From assembly GCA_964035545.1 (NCBI GenBank), contig CAXIUT010000306.1, forward strand, positions 1 through 19,272: 19,272 nt of DNA, read 5' to 3'. The translations under genes and the position numbers were made by a program. Positions 1-11,989 of this stretch are shown one piece after another (positions within the stretch are counted from its first letter, which is position 1; every line of letters starts with the position of its first letter). This DNA comes from Bugula neritina (Eukaryota > Animalia > Bryozoa). The notes beneath the pieces were generated by a model. It had not been told where the DNA came from and did no database searches. It worked only from the letters and a program-made list of their open reading frames with translations.

Positions 1-75
1 CCCAACCCCAACCCCAACCCCAACCCCAACCCCAACCCCAACCCCAACCCCAACCCCAACCCCAACCCCAACCCC
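1..75 (-). repeat. Left terminal telomere (CCCCAA)n
   Basis: Perfect C4A2 repeats from base 1 to 75, in normal 5' chromosome-end orientation. Confidence 0.98.
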
Positions 76-305
76 TACAATCGTATGGAAACTATGTAAT
101 TAATCTTAATAATTCCAAAATAAAGAAATTGCTATTTTCAGCTGAAGCTGTAGATGCTCGTTGCGGGCTATGTAGATTTTATGTTCAGAAATATATAAAT
201 ATCAAACTGATGAAGGCTTTGACAGAGGAGATCAAAGCCTCTTTGAGTAGAATTGAAAATAAAAAGAATTATGATAAGTTAGAAGGATTTATTGACTTTT
301 AGTGA
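75..305 (+). CDS. 5'-truncated C-terminal fragment of a probable Pumilio/Puf-repeat protein
   Basis: Frame is open from the telomere junction: LQSYGNYVI...KKLL...ALTEEIKASLSRIENKKNYDKLEGFIDFE*, with TGA at 303-305. YGNYV resembles the last Puf repeat. There is no start codon before the motif. Confidence 0.45.
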
Positions 306-628
306 TATTATTTTTTATATTTTTCACATTTTTTATTGAACTACTTTCAAATAATTATGGATTAAAATTTTGAATCTTTTCTAGTTGAACTAGTTTGTTT
401 CAAACTAGCAGGGGAACTGATCTTTAATTGAAAGATAAATCAAAGATTAAAATTTATTTTTCATTTTTTAAAATAACAAATCCTTACCATCTTATAAAGA
501 CAATTCATTATTCTTACAGATTGTGATATGTTTTTATGAGACTATTTTAACTTAAATAACTTATTAAATCACTCAATTCCACCTTCTAACTTAATTCAAC
601 ATACTTTCTGCTCTGGTTGAATTCGATT

Positions 629-1028
629 TCAGTAGATAGTCAATGTATATCGTATATCTGATTTTTGAATTGTTCTTCTAGATTTTCTTGTTTTTTTTGA
701 ATAATTACTCTATAATAACTTCTACTTTTATAGAGATCCTTCTTGAGATTGCTGAAGACTTGCCATAAACTGAACTGTTTCTTCTTCTTTCTTCATTCGA
801 TAGGCCTTCAAAGAACTAGCTAAACTTTAGATCGTTTTTTTGTTCTTTCTAATCCTGAGTAACAATATAAATACCTTCCTGAGCAATTTGTGTTCTTTTA
901 TTGGCTCTGAGAGATTCTTTTCTAAGGTTATTGGTGATATTGAAAATTTAATTGTCGAGGTAATGAACTTTAGAGTAAGAGTGGATGAAGTGCTGATAGA
1001 CTCTCTGGTCTTGGTACTTGCTGAACAT
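629..1028 (-). CDS. Hypothetical protein, gene model uncertain
   Basis: ATG at 1028 (MFSKYQDQRVYQHFIHSYSK...), divergent from NDUFA7, with a typical 20-nt intron at 855-874. The spliced frame hits TGA near 808 unless the T7 run at 835-841 has a 1-nt error. The 3' end is unresolved. Confidence 0.35.
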
Positions 1029-1100
1029 AATATTTATTTCAAAGACTTATAATTTATTGATTCAATGGTTTGATAGAGGTTCGTATTGATAATAATTTCA

Positions 1101-2017
1101 ATGAACAAAATGATGAACCGTTTCTGGTAGTTATCTTTGCATTCAGGGACTGGATATTTCATCCGGCTATCAGAAAATATAAACATCCTAACCTCCAAGC
1201 AGTCACTTATAGATATCCTTCTCCTGGAAATTAACCTCTCAACTCTATGAATCCAGACTACCAACCAGACTTTAAAACTCCCTACTCTCACTCTCAATAT
1301 GATGTACGCTACACCAATCCCACGCCAATGTAAACTATAGACATCACTGAATAAATAAAAGCTGCTCCTATAGGTTCTTCTCCTATTTTAAGGTATACGA
1401 TTATATATACAGACTGAAAAAGGCAGGAATATTGAAGAAGAGTGATGAAAACAATGCAGATGCAGTTGCCAATGCAAAGGCCAAATTTTAGCAGAAGTTT
1501 GGATTTTCAGCTGATGAAGATGGTAGAATGAGTATGATTCAGTTTACAGTAATAAAGAAGAAGGATATCTTTTAAGATCAACTAATAGAGAAGAGGTGGC
1601 TGCCTATATTAAATCATCATACCAAGAGGTTCGAAATGCTAAGACTGAATTTTATGAGTATGCCAATATCCGTTCGACGATTGTTGATCCTGAGACTGTT
1701 CCATTGGAGTCGGTGGACATGTTTGTTGCTCCTCAAATGCAACAGGGACAGATCACCAATTAATATATGATAGAAAAAGAGATCGTAGTTGTTGTTTGAT
1801 TCAGAATGAGATCGAAAAGAAAAAGAAAATCGATGTTTACGCTGGTGATGCTCGATTTTGGAAGACTATTGATGATTCTTTTGATAATTCTGAAGTTTAG
1901 AAGATCCAGAAGTATCTTGGAGATCAGGAGCCTACTTCTTTTGAGATTAGATCTTCTAAGGTGGAGTTTTAGTATGATAAAGATGGAAACATTAAAGACC
2001 TTCACCCCAAACATTGA
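1101..2017 (+). CDS. NDUFA7: Mitochondrial complex I accessory subunit NDUFA7 (B14.5a/NUZM), ciliate type
   Basis: Four 20-nt introns (1127-1146, 1393-1412, 1523-1542, 1785-1804). Protein: MNKMMNRFWDWIFHPAIRKY...YRYPSPG...DFKTPY...NADAVANAKAKF...TNREEVAAY...YAGDARFWKTIDDSF. It matches ciliate NDUA7 as I recall it; no search was run. Confidence 0.85.
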
Positions 2018-2212
2018 TCGACTAATCATTTCTAAATAGGTCTAGTTATCAAAGATAAATGAAATATTAGCAAAATTCAACAGTTTTCACTAAACATTTT
2101 AATAATTAATGAGTTATTGAGGATTAATAAGTTTATTTTCTTTACAGAAAACAAGAAAAGGTAGATTAACAATAGTATTCATTAAATTATCTTTAAAAAT
2201 AAATAGGCCATA

Positions 2213-2689
2213 TCAATTCTGGTTAATTTCATCTTCACTATCGATATAATCTTCGATATCTTACTTTTATTCTTCTTTCTCCTCAAATAAACTTTTGTTT
2301 GAGTTGCTTGTTTTCTTTGTAAGTTATCGAGGACTATTCTCTTCTACTATTTCTTATTTTTCATTATTTTCTTATTTTTTTTAACTATTTTACCCATTTA
2401 TAGGTGTAATGATGCGAGTGTCTTTGGATATTTAAGGGTTGGTAGGTGATGAAGAGAGTTGAGTTGGTTAATTTTTGACTAAATGTTGTTGTTTGGGAGT
2501 TGGATGATTGTTATTCATAGTATTTGGACTATTGTGGACAGGTTAATCAATTTGATCGCTGAGAGAAATGTCTTACTGATTGACAAATTCTTCTTATTCT
2601 ATTTCCATGGTGGGTCCATAGGAGTTTCTTTTGGGTTTGATTAGCCATTTGTTGATGAAATCGTTCAAACAAGGACAAATACTTTCCAT
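2213..2689 (-). CDS. Hypothetical acidic low-complexity protein (158 aa) with N-terminal CPC motif
   Basis: Intronless ORF under TAR=Glu: MESICPCLNDFINKWLIKPKRNSYGPTMEIEEEEF...EEKEEEKEDIEDYIDSEDEINQN*. Confidence 0.75.
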
Positions 2690-2848
2690 TTAAACTATTT
2701 ATATTAAAACACATACCTGCTCATTATACCTTTACCATTACTTTATAAATCTAAAATATAAAACTAAAAGTTTCAATGAGTTCTATTTACATTAGCATCT
2801 TATTTTTTAAGTTATATTTTATTTTTTATGAAATGAGTATGTAGAATA

Positions 2849-4375
2849 TCATTGATCTTATAGTTAGTTGTTTTTCTTTTTTCTTTTTTATCCATGAGTT
2901 TTTTTATATTTCATCCATTTAGTTCCACTTTATATATATTTTTTAATGACTTCTTAGTTTTCAGATTCCTCGTCTTCTTTGGTTATTTATTTTTATCCTT
3001 TTTTTTTCTTTTTTGGTTGAATTAATTTCTGCATCTACTAAAAATCAAATAATTATGCTTATTTCTCTACTATTACAGGTTGACTTAACTTCTTTAACTT
3101 CTAATCTGATGATACAGGAATTAATTCTTCATAATATATTATAAGTTCTGCAAGATTATCTACTTTTAGTTTCTATAACTTCTTGATTAAATTTTATCTT
3201 TGATAATAAATGATCAAATTGCAATTGTTAGTGTAATCTTTGAATATTTCCTTTGAAGATTTTATTATTGGACTGAGATTATTAAAATCATTGATGTTAG
3301 TCAAAAAGTCATTAAGATAAATAGCCTTCTACTGAACAAATATTTTTTATTCACCACTCGTTAAGAGATCTTCATATCTTTAAAGAATAAATTCAGATAC
3401 TATACATCCTGAATCTTTATTGAAACCTTCACAGACAACATATTTATTGTTGCTAAAAGGGTTGGACATGAAACTCTTATGCAAAGTAACCTTTGAAAAT
3501 GAAGATTTCAATAAAAATAAATATTAAACTGTTTTTTGGGTGTAAGTACCAGCTATTTTAAGCAAAGCATGCTGACCTTAATTGAGAACTGCTGTCAAAA
3601 TGGCTATCTGTGCCTGCAAGTAAGGCCATAGCTGTACTTCTTACCTTAATACTGACTCACAAGGCTATAATTCAGGAAAACTATCACAAATATAAAGATG
3701 TATTCCTCCGAATAGTTGATCTTTTTCTCTTCCAATGCTTTTGATTTAAGTAATGTAGTTTTGAATTTATTCTAATCGATTATAGTTGATTTTTCTTAAC
3801 TGAGGACGAGATAATTGAGCACAGTTGATGATGATTTCTTGTTCATATTCGAAGAGTTATTGGAGAAGAGTTTTTCTGAGATGTTCATAAAAACAAGAAT
3901 TTTATCCTTAGTAGTAGACCAGGTATGTGATAAGGGCATGATCTTTAATAGAAAATGCTGTTTATCTTAACACATCTAAAGTACCTAAAAGTTATAAAAA
4001 TTAAAATAGCTGATTTTTGTCTGTTTTGCTTGTAAAAAAGCACTTTCTTAATCCATCTAGATTATCTTGAGTGAGAGAACTTTTGATAAATTCTAGATTA
4101 TGTCCATTAAGATTGACGTTTTTTCTTTGGGTGGAGTTATTTACTATCAGGTGTTTTTCTAGATCTCGAGGGGTAAAGCTTCTTGAAGAAAGTTGTTTTG
4201 TTAGAGAGGCATCGGCAATAAATTTGACTGTAGATTATCCTGAAGCATTTCTTTTGGTGGGTTGTTTTGGTTGGGCGTCGAAGTTCAAGAACTTGTAGCC
4301 GATGGGTTCAGATATAGAGGAAGATTAGCATTGTGCTTTTGAGTAGTACTTGCTTTGTTTATAAATGCAGTTCAT
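2849..4375 (-). CDS. FtsJ/RrmJ-fold, CMTR-like cap 2'-O-methyltransferase-related protein, probably degenerate (508 aa)
   Basis: Intronless 1527-nt ORF. Segment GIHLYICD...QIAILTAVLNEGQHALLKIAGTYT...YLFLLKSSFSKVTLHKSFMSNPFSNNKYVVCEGF parallels the CMTR1 pattern GVH..AD...G.F.CK.FD....LY..F..V...KP..SRP.NSERY.VC.G. Confidence 0.7.
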
Positions 4376-4675
4376 ATATTAAATGTAGAACTAAATTAGT
4401 AATTATTTTTATCAAAACTGATAAAAATGTTGAATAAAAGATTTTTATTATTGATTGAGAATCTTACAACCACAATAAATTATATTTCAATTCTCAAATT
4501 TATAATTTATAAATATTTACATCCTTTTTCCTTATTTTATTAACTTTCTTGTCTGTTTTAAATATTAATAATTTTTTCTTTAATCAACAACAATAAATAT
4601 TAAATATTAGATATCTGTGATTAAAAAAGATGTAAATTAATAATGTGATTTGCTGGTATATTTGTAATTAGTGGA

Positions 4676-5052
4676 TCAATTATTTTTGGACTAAGCTTTA
4701 TTTTTTGTGATTTATGGTTTGATGGAATGATACTATTGGTTATTTTTAGTGGTTTATTGATTGGTTTTTTATTGTAGGTCGTAGAGATTGATAAAGTATT
4801 AATGATTTTATGAGGATTAGAGGAATGCAACATAAATTGTCGAACCCATAATTGCAGGTACAAGTCCTTTTCCTATTCTTTTATCTTTGCTAAAATCCAT
4901 TGCTGGCTATAAAACCAAAAATAACTTCTTTATCAACTTATTCATTCTCTTTAACTTACAATATTATTATCCTTTTATTCTTCGCTTTTAATGCTTAATC
5001 AACTATTAAATATACTTACCAAGAATTGGCTTTCTAATTCAATAGAACTCAT
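4676..5052 (-). CDS. Possible small hypothetical protein, strand and frame ambiguous
   Basis: ATG at 5052 plus a 17-nt GTAAG...TAG intron gives MSSIELESQFL...MNKLIKKLFLVLEPAMDFSKDKRIGKGLVPAIMGSTIYVAFL...*. A competing hydrophobic + strand frame from ATG 4427 also exists. Confidence 0.25.
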
Positions 5053-5114
5053 CTGATTTGAATTATAAATATATTATTTAGCTCTAAAGGAACTGTTTAT
5101 TTAAATTCAAATTA

Positions 5115-5176
5115 GGGGTTGGGGTTGGGGTTGGGGTTGGGGTTGGGGTTGGGGTTGGGGTTGGGGTTGGGGTTGG
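5115..5176 (+). repeat. Interstitial telomeric tract (GGGGTT)n, 62 bp
   Basis: Perfect repeats with unique sequence on both sides, and ATTA immediately on each side. Confidence 0.97.
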
Positions 5177-5203
5177 ATTAATTTAAAAGAAAAAAGATAG
5201 TTA

Positions 5204-8200
5204 ATGTGGAATGTGATAGAAGCAGGAGATCCATATGATATCCATAAGTATGAATTAGTGTATCTAGGTCAATGATCGCTACTTTACCTGGTCATAAAAA
5301 ATCAATGGGAACCCATCTTGAAATAGTCTGTTTACTCCAAGCAGCAGAAATAGAAAGACTTTGCCTCTTTCTTTAAGAACATGCCCTCAAGTAAGCCACT
5401 TGGTATCAAGATTAAGAGAACAATAACGGATTAAACTCGATAGGCATAGTTATGAAGTCCAGATTAAAGAATTGACTGAAAGGATAGGAGGGTAGGAGAT
5501 TTTTAAATCTTAGAATGAGAAACTTAAAGAGTTTATAAGAAAACAAGGGGTAAATATTTCTTACTCAGAAAGAACTTTAAGAAATGCAAAGAAAATAAAA
5601 CAATCCAGAAATGACAAGAAAGTATGAGTAAAGTTTAGGACAAATGCAATAACTTTTAAAAGAGAAAGGAATTATCGAGAACGAGCTTTATCGGAGTAGA
5701 TAGTCACTAGTTTTAGCTGAAAGACAGTTGCGTATCAATCAGGAAAGATTTAACAAAGAGATAGAAATACTCACTCAAAAGCTAAATTCATAAATGGTTT
5801 ATAAACAACAATTATAAAATGAAGGTAAACAATATTAAGAATAAATGGTTAGACTGAAGGTTAGTTGTAATTAACTGTCATTGCAATTATAAAAAGGTAA
5901 AAACGATAGTCGATTATTAATAATCGAAAGGCAACAAAGATAACAATTACTATCAACAATGAAAGAGTATGAAAATCGATTTTAGTTACTTGCTGGTTAA
6001 ATAGAAAGACTAAATCTTTGTTTAAGAGACAAATCCAAGTAACTTAATTAACACTATATGCGTGGGAAACAGCTAGCAGATGAGAAGAAGTTTTGTCAAG
6101 AACAGAACGCTGAGTTGTAATTGAAGTTAAAGAATATTTTGGTTGATTTGTCTAACCTTTAGAAACAAAATAGATAAATTTGGGTTTAAAAAAGTACTTT
6201 AGAAGAAAGATAAAGTTTAATTTTCGAATATTAGTCAAGAATATAAAAATTAAGTTTTGAAGTTGATAGATTAAACAGTGTACTCAGGATAAAAGTTGAC
6301 TAACTTGAGTAATTAAAAAGAAATAACAGATAACAAGAGTTAACTATCCGTAACTTAGAGTTAATATAAGCTGAAACTCAAGAACTTAGAACTAAATTTT
6401 CATAAATATCAAAGAAAATGTTTTAATATGAAAAACAAATTACTGTTCAGAGTCAATAAGTAGATAGATTAAATTTATCTCTGAAAAGAATGATAGATTA
6501 GATAAATAATACTTAAAAAACTCTTAAAAATAGTGAAAAAGATCTTTAAATTCAAGTCGAAAGAAGTAAAGAACTTGAGTTGAATTTCTAAAATTTAAGT
6601 AGAGATGTGTAATGGGGAAGAGAACAATTGAAAAAAAAGTAAAAAAAGATCTCAGAGATGTAAGAGATAATTAGGATGATCCAAGAATAAAAATAAGACC
6701 TTATTGTTAAAAACATTGAGAGTTAGTAGAAATTAAAACTAAAAGAAAACAATGAATCAAATAGTATAGATCAATAGAAAGTTAAAGCTTAGTTAATAGA
6801 TAAAGTAACAAGATTGACAGAGTTAATGATTAAAAATGAGATAAAAATTAAAGATTTGTAGAAAAAATAGATTTTTCTAAAAACTGAAATATCTCAACTA
6901 TCGATAAAAACTAAAAACTATGAGATTCAATTATAAAAAATTAAAGAATAAAAGAAATACTAAATAGAAAAGCCAAATAGAGAAAATAACTTCTGAAGAA
7001 AAAGAAAAATAACCCAGGAAAATCTAAATAGAATTAATAAAAAATATTATAAAAAGATAGACAAGGTTAACCTTTAAGATAAGTTTAATAAAAGCTATTT
7101 GAAGATGAATAGAGTTATAAATCTTAAGGAAATGTACTTTAAGGGTAAAGTATTTAAATAATTATTTTATAAGCTTAAAATTAGGAGTTGAGAGGAGATC
7201 TTAATAGATTTATTCAAGAAAATTAAAAATTGATAGAAAGGCATGAAGTATTACTAAATTAATATTAAAGCTAGAAGCAAAAGTTTGAGTAAGCTGGTGA
7301 GTATTTTCAAAAGGTATTGATTTTTAGTGATTAAATAAGTCGTTTAAATGGAGTTCTTCAGGGTAAATAAAAATAGATTGAAGGATATCTTTAGAATTTG
7401 GTAAAATGCAAGTCAAAAATAAAAGAGTTTGAAGAAAAGATGAATAGTATTAGTAGTGAATTAGAGACATATCGAGTTAAAGGTGGAACATAGCGAATGA
7501 GAGAAGAAACATATCGAGATAACTAAGTATTTATTCCATCAGAAGTTAGTGAAAATTAAACTATTAAAAGGTTATAAGGATAACTGGAAATAAAATATGC
7601 AGATATGGTAGTTAAATAGGAACAGGTAGTATCCTATCAAAACAAAATCAAGGTTGTCGGTGAATAAATATAAAGATTGAATGGCATTTTAAGAAATAAG
7701 GTATTAGAAAGTGAAAGACTTGAAGATCATAATAGGGAATTGAGTCAGTTAGATAGCTAATTAAAAATACAATTAGAAGAAAGTAGTAAGGTAGTATAGT
7801 CTTTAAAAGGAAAAATAACAGAGCAAAATAATGAACTTGAACGACTTATTATGGTAATAAACTAGAAAAATAATTATTTACGTCAACTATAGAATAAATT
7901 ACAAGTTATAAATCATTTGGATAGCTTCGAGGGAAATATCAAAGAATATAGACTTTAAATAGAACGACTCAACCTGAAACTTAATGAAAGTAGGATTTAG
8001 TTGGAATCAGTTGAAAAAAAAGATCGTAACTACTTGGTATAAATATAAAGACTTAATAACTTGTTGAGGATTAAAATTTAAGAATGTTAATCAAAGAATC
8101 TAGAACTCAAACGGATTCATGAACAAATTATTGTCCATAGAAAATAAAAGATAGGATAAATAGATGAAATAGTGATAAGATAAAACGAGGAAGTAACTTC

Positions 8201-8646
8201 TGTGGAAATAACAAAAGCGAAAGAACAAATGCATGTTTACTAAATCAGGTAAGAATTCCTTACTCAGAATAAAATAACTTCACTAAGAGTTCTAAAAACT
8301 TCAAATTATATTGAAAACTTTAAGATAGGACAACCAATAAGTAGTTGGTCTCAAAATTGAAAGAGATAGTCTAATCGTAAAGGTAATTTATAAAAATATT
8401 AAGAATAAATGGCTTGGAGGATAAATCGATAGACTTAATCTAATAGTTGAATCACAACTTCAATAATTATACTAAGCTAAAGAAAAAATCATTTAAGACA
8501 ATTCTTTTTAGAGGAGAATAAGTGAAGATTTGGGACTTTTTGTGGTTCTTTTTGCTGAAATATAAGCTTTAAGATAGAGATTGAGGCAGAGAGAACAAGA
8601 TGTAGCCGAAATGAAAAGAGAAGCTATTAGTTATCATCGAGTTTGA
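5204..8646 (+). CDS. Large coiled-coil, charged-repeat (EIERLN-type) cytoskeletal/pellicle-like protein, about 1120 aa, with one apparent frameshift
   Basis: Introns at 5248-5267, 5391-5410, 5550-5568 (19 nt) and 8249-8267 (19 nt). Recurrent motifs AAEIERL, GEIERLN, SQEVDRLN, EEIERLN and C-terminal LFVVLFAEIEALR. The frame changes between 6924 and 6996. Confidence 0.8.
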
Positions 8647-8805
8647 TATGATTTTATCGTTTTTTATCCCTTGAAGTATCTAGATATTTATATTGGTCTA
8701 TAAAAGAAAATCTAATTCAAGAAAGGCAAATTTGAATAAGTCAAACTTGATAGATAGCTTTATATAAATTTGACACACAAATTAAATATTGTTTTGTAGG
8801 TTTGG

Positions 8806-10092
8806 ATGGATCTAAACGAACTTGTGAAAATACTTCCTAAACAAGCTGCTAATTGGAATATCTAAGACGTGACTCTTTGGCTCAACTATATTGGTCTTCC
8901 AGGACTGATTCATTCTTTCAGTAGATCTAAAAATACTCAGGATAATTTTCAATCGAAGGATGGATTTTACTACTATTAACTGAAGATCAACTCAATAATG
9001 ATCTTCAAGTGTGTTCTAGAATTCAGAGGAAGAAAATAATGAACTGTATGAACTACTTTATATAGGGATATCTTTTTTGAAAGATAATTCGAGAAGTATT
9101 CATAGTAAGATAACTGAGTTATTGTAATCTCAATTGATAGAAGATGAAGAATGTTAGATAACTACTTTGACAACTAGCGATTCTATTCGAAATTTTTTGT
9201 CTAATTAGAGTCAAAAGACAATCGAGATGTGTGAATTAAATCGATAAATACTAACATCTAGTCAAAAAGAGACATTGAAACCTGTACATCTCAATCTATA
9301 TGTTTATGAACGTTTTGGATTAGAAAATAAATTTTTTAGATGTAATGGAAAAACTCTTAATTTGGGAAAAGCTGCTGATAATCAAATCATATTAACAGAT
9401 AACTTAATAGATCTATATCAAATAAGTATTTTCCATAAAAAGTATCAACACTACATTAAACCTATCTCTTAAGATGGACTTTGGATCAAAGTTAACAAAA
9501 GAATAAAAATAGATAAAAAATACATCATTTAAATGGGAATAACTCAATTTTATGTTACTGTATGGGATCAAATTCTTTTTTTGAATGTTGTTTAAAATAG
9601 AGAAGTTAAAAAAAATATGGATTCTTATAACTTTCAGCCCTAAGGATAGAAAGTTATTAGAGTTGGACGTTCTCCTAGATATTAGCTTTCTTTCTCCCTT
9701 GATACAACTATGAGTTCTCTACATGGAAAATTTAGCTTTATTGATAAAAATTGGTACTTCTAAGATATGTAGACAACCAACAGGTACTTGTTTGCTAAAT
9801 TAGTTCTTGGTATTTTTGTGCTTTAGAAGAAAAAATAGTTGATAAGATGATGTTCAGAGCGGGAAGGACAACCTTTATATTTGAGTGCAGGTTAAAATAG
9901 AACGATGATATTCAATCATTGAGCTCGAATCAGTCAATGGGTATTTGCAAAATATGTAAAAAGGTCTAAAAAAATAGTTATTTTTCTCCTTGTTCGCATA
10001 GCAACAGTTGTTTGGAGTGTGCAGTTAAAACTAGTTAGTGTTTTCAGTGTAAGCAATCCTTCTCAAAGATCAACAAAATTTATCGTCAGTGA
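8806..10092 (+). CDS. SAM-FHA-FHA-RING protein, putative E3 ligase (paralog 1, 408 aa)
   Basis: 20-nt introns at 8921-8940, 9046-9065, 9784-9803. SAM: WNIEDVTLWLNYIGL...IEGWILLLLTEDQL. FHA: RVGRS...MSSLH...EDMETTNSSW. RING: CKIC...PCSHSNSCLEC...CFQC. Confidence 0.9.
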
Positions 10093-10176
10093 TCATTTTA
10101 TAGTTACTTTTAAAATAAGTCAATGATTCACACTCTATAAATAAAGAATGAGACAAATCAAAGAGTCAAAAAGGGA

Positions 10177-11368
10177 TCATGAAGCATTTTTTTGGAAGAG
10201 ACTTTTGAGTGGAATTTTTTTGTCTTCTTTGTACTGTTAAAGAAGATAACTCTGAAAAACACCATGAATATTACGTTTATCACTTGTTTATTTTCTATAT
10301 TTTTTATCCAAATATTTCATTATTTATTCGATTGTTTTCACGAACTCATTCTTTGAGGAAAGGTCACGCAAATGAATATTGTTAGGAATTTCTGCCTCCT
10401 TGATAGATTCTTTTATCTGGGTTATTATCTCCTCAGAATAACTTTATCCTTTCTACCTTCGACATTTACACATGTAGAGGTATGCTTCGATAATGGATAG
10501 TAGTTTGGAATCTAATTATGGCACTTTGTTTTTCCTGAAGTAGTTTTTAAGTGCTTTTCTTCCAAGATCATCTAAAGGAATGACTCTTGAGTGATCTTTG
10601 AGGTTGCTGCATTTGTTGAAATAACTTTGCAGTTTATCTTTACTGCTTTTATGCAGCTTTTACTCCATTTAGTTCATATAGATTTGTGCATTTCTGATTT
10701 TGATAGCCTAAGTAATAGCTATGAGCCTATATAGAAAGATAGCTACCAACTATACATGTCTTCTTTGGAACTTGTTTTGAAGACAGTGCTATTAAATTTG
10801 TCTCTTACGGAAAAAATGCATTTCTTTTAATTGACTATTTAAACAATTGAGTTTTAGAGTGGCATAAAAGATACTTTCTTTTCTATTTAATCTAAAAGAT
10901 ACATGTTTCTTTGAATTTGTAGAATGTTAAATAGTCGTGATGGAGTTTGAGTTGGCATTATTAATAAGAATTTTTGCTTTATACATGTTTGCTAAGGGTG
11001 CCTGATCGAATAAATTTCATGTTATCAGTGAGAGGCATATGATAACTTATTTTAGGGACTGTACTTCTTTAAGATCCATATCCCATAATTAAATATGTTC
11101 TTTGGTCTTACGAAGAGATATTTAAAGTTTATTTGAATCTTTAATATCCGTTAAGTTTTCTTTTTAGGATGACTTATGCTGTTTTTTTATTGAGGATCAT
11201 GAGGTAGAGGAATTGATCTTAATCTAAATCGTTTTAAAGTTGATAATCTCTAACAGTTTGGTCTTTAACTTCTCTATTTTTTTTTAGATCTGCATCGAGG
11301 TAGACTAAAATAGCATTACTTTTAGTTTTTTAAACTGGATTGCTAAAAATTTTTTTGAAAAAGCTCAT
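10177..11368 (-). CDS. PH-domain protein (383 aa)
   Basis: 20-nt introns at 10883-10902 and 10727-10746. PH signature: IRSGTLSK...LKLHHDYLTFYK...MPLENSIV...FSV...VFKTSSKEDMYSWLIAITEAI. Confidence 0.85.
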
Positions 11369-11441
11369 AACTTTACCTTTGACTTAATTTTATATCAATT
11401 AAACCAATAAAGATAAAAATAATAATAGAAATGATAGAAAA

Positions 11442-11825
11442 TCATGGAAACGAATTGATTAACTATGAGATCTAATAGTTATCAATGATGAGTTAATTTG
11501 ATTTTTAAAGTTGTTCTTCTGAGCATGATTATGAAGCAATTTTTGTGAATATTCTAGTTATTATTAATTTTGATTTTTCAATTAATCTATTTATTTCTTC
11601 TATTGAGGGCATTAATTCCTGAAAGGTTATTTATATTTGTTTTTGCATTTTTTTTTTTAGTTGAGTTCTAACTTCAGTCTCTTATTTTTTCTAGAGTTAT
11701 TGAAGTTGATTTGAATTGTTCTTCAAATATAATATTTGCTTTTATTTATCTTTCCAAATTGTCTTTAAACCAATATTCGAGTTCATTAATGCATAAAGTT
11801 GCTACTAAATTGTATCTTCTTGCAT
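11442..11825 (-). CDS. Hypothetical coiled-coil protein (127 aa)
   Basis: Intronless ORF: MQEDTIEEQLYALMNSNIGLKTIW...IEEINRLIEK...ELINSFP*. Confidence 0.6.
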
Positions 11826-11868
11826 TTGGTTCAACAATAGTAATTATAGTAGAAATTTTTTATTAGAT

Positions 11869-11936
11869 GGGGTTGGGGTTGGGGTTGGGGTTGGGGTTGG
11901 GGTTGGGGTTGGGGTTGGGGTTGGGGTTGGGGTTGG
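11869..11936 (+). repeat. Interstitial telomeric tract (GGGGTT)n, 68 bp, in a divergent intergenic region
   Basis: Perfect repeats between ATG 11825 (-) and ATG 11990 (+). Confidence 0.97.
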
Positions 11937-11989
11937 TTTGAACTGTTTATTGTTAAATAAGTTAACAGTAACAATATAATTCAATTCAA

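Noticed and set aside
5111-5180. ATTA on both sides of the first internal tract as a target-site duplication of a mobile element
   Set aside because: No duplication at the other three tracts, ATTA is common in this AT-rich DNA, and there is no transposase or terminal inverted repeat.
5692-8403. Candidate 21-nt introns at about 5695-5717 and 8383-8403
   Set aside because: They are in frame and stop-free, so sequence alone cannot support them.
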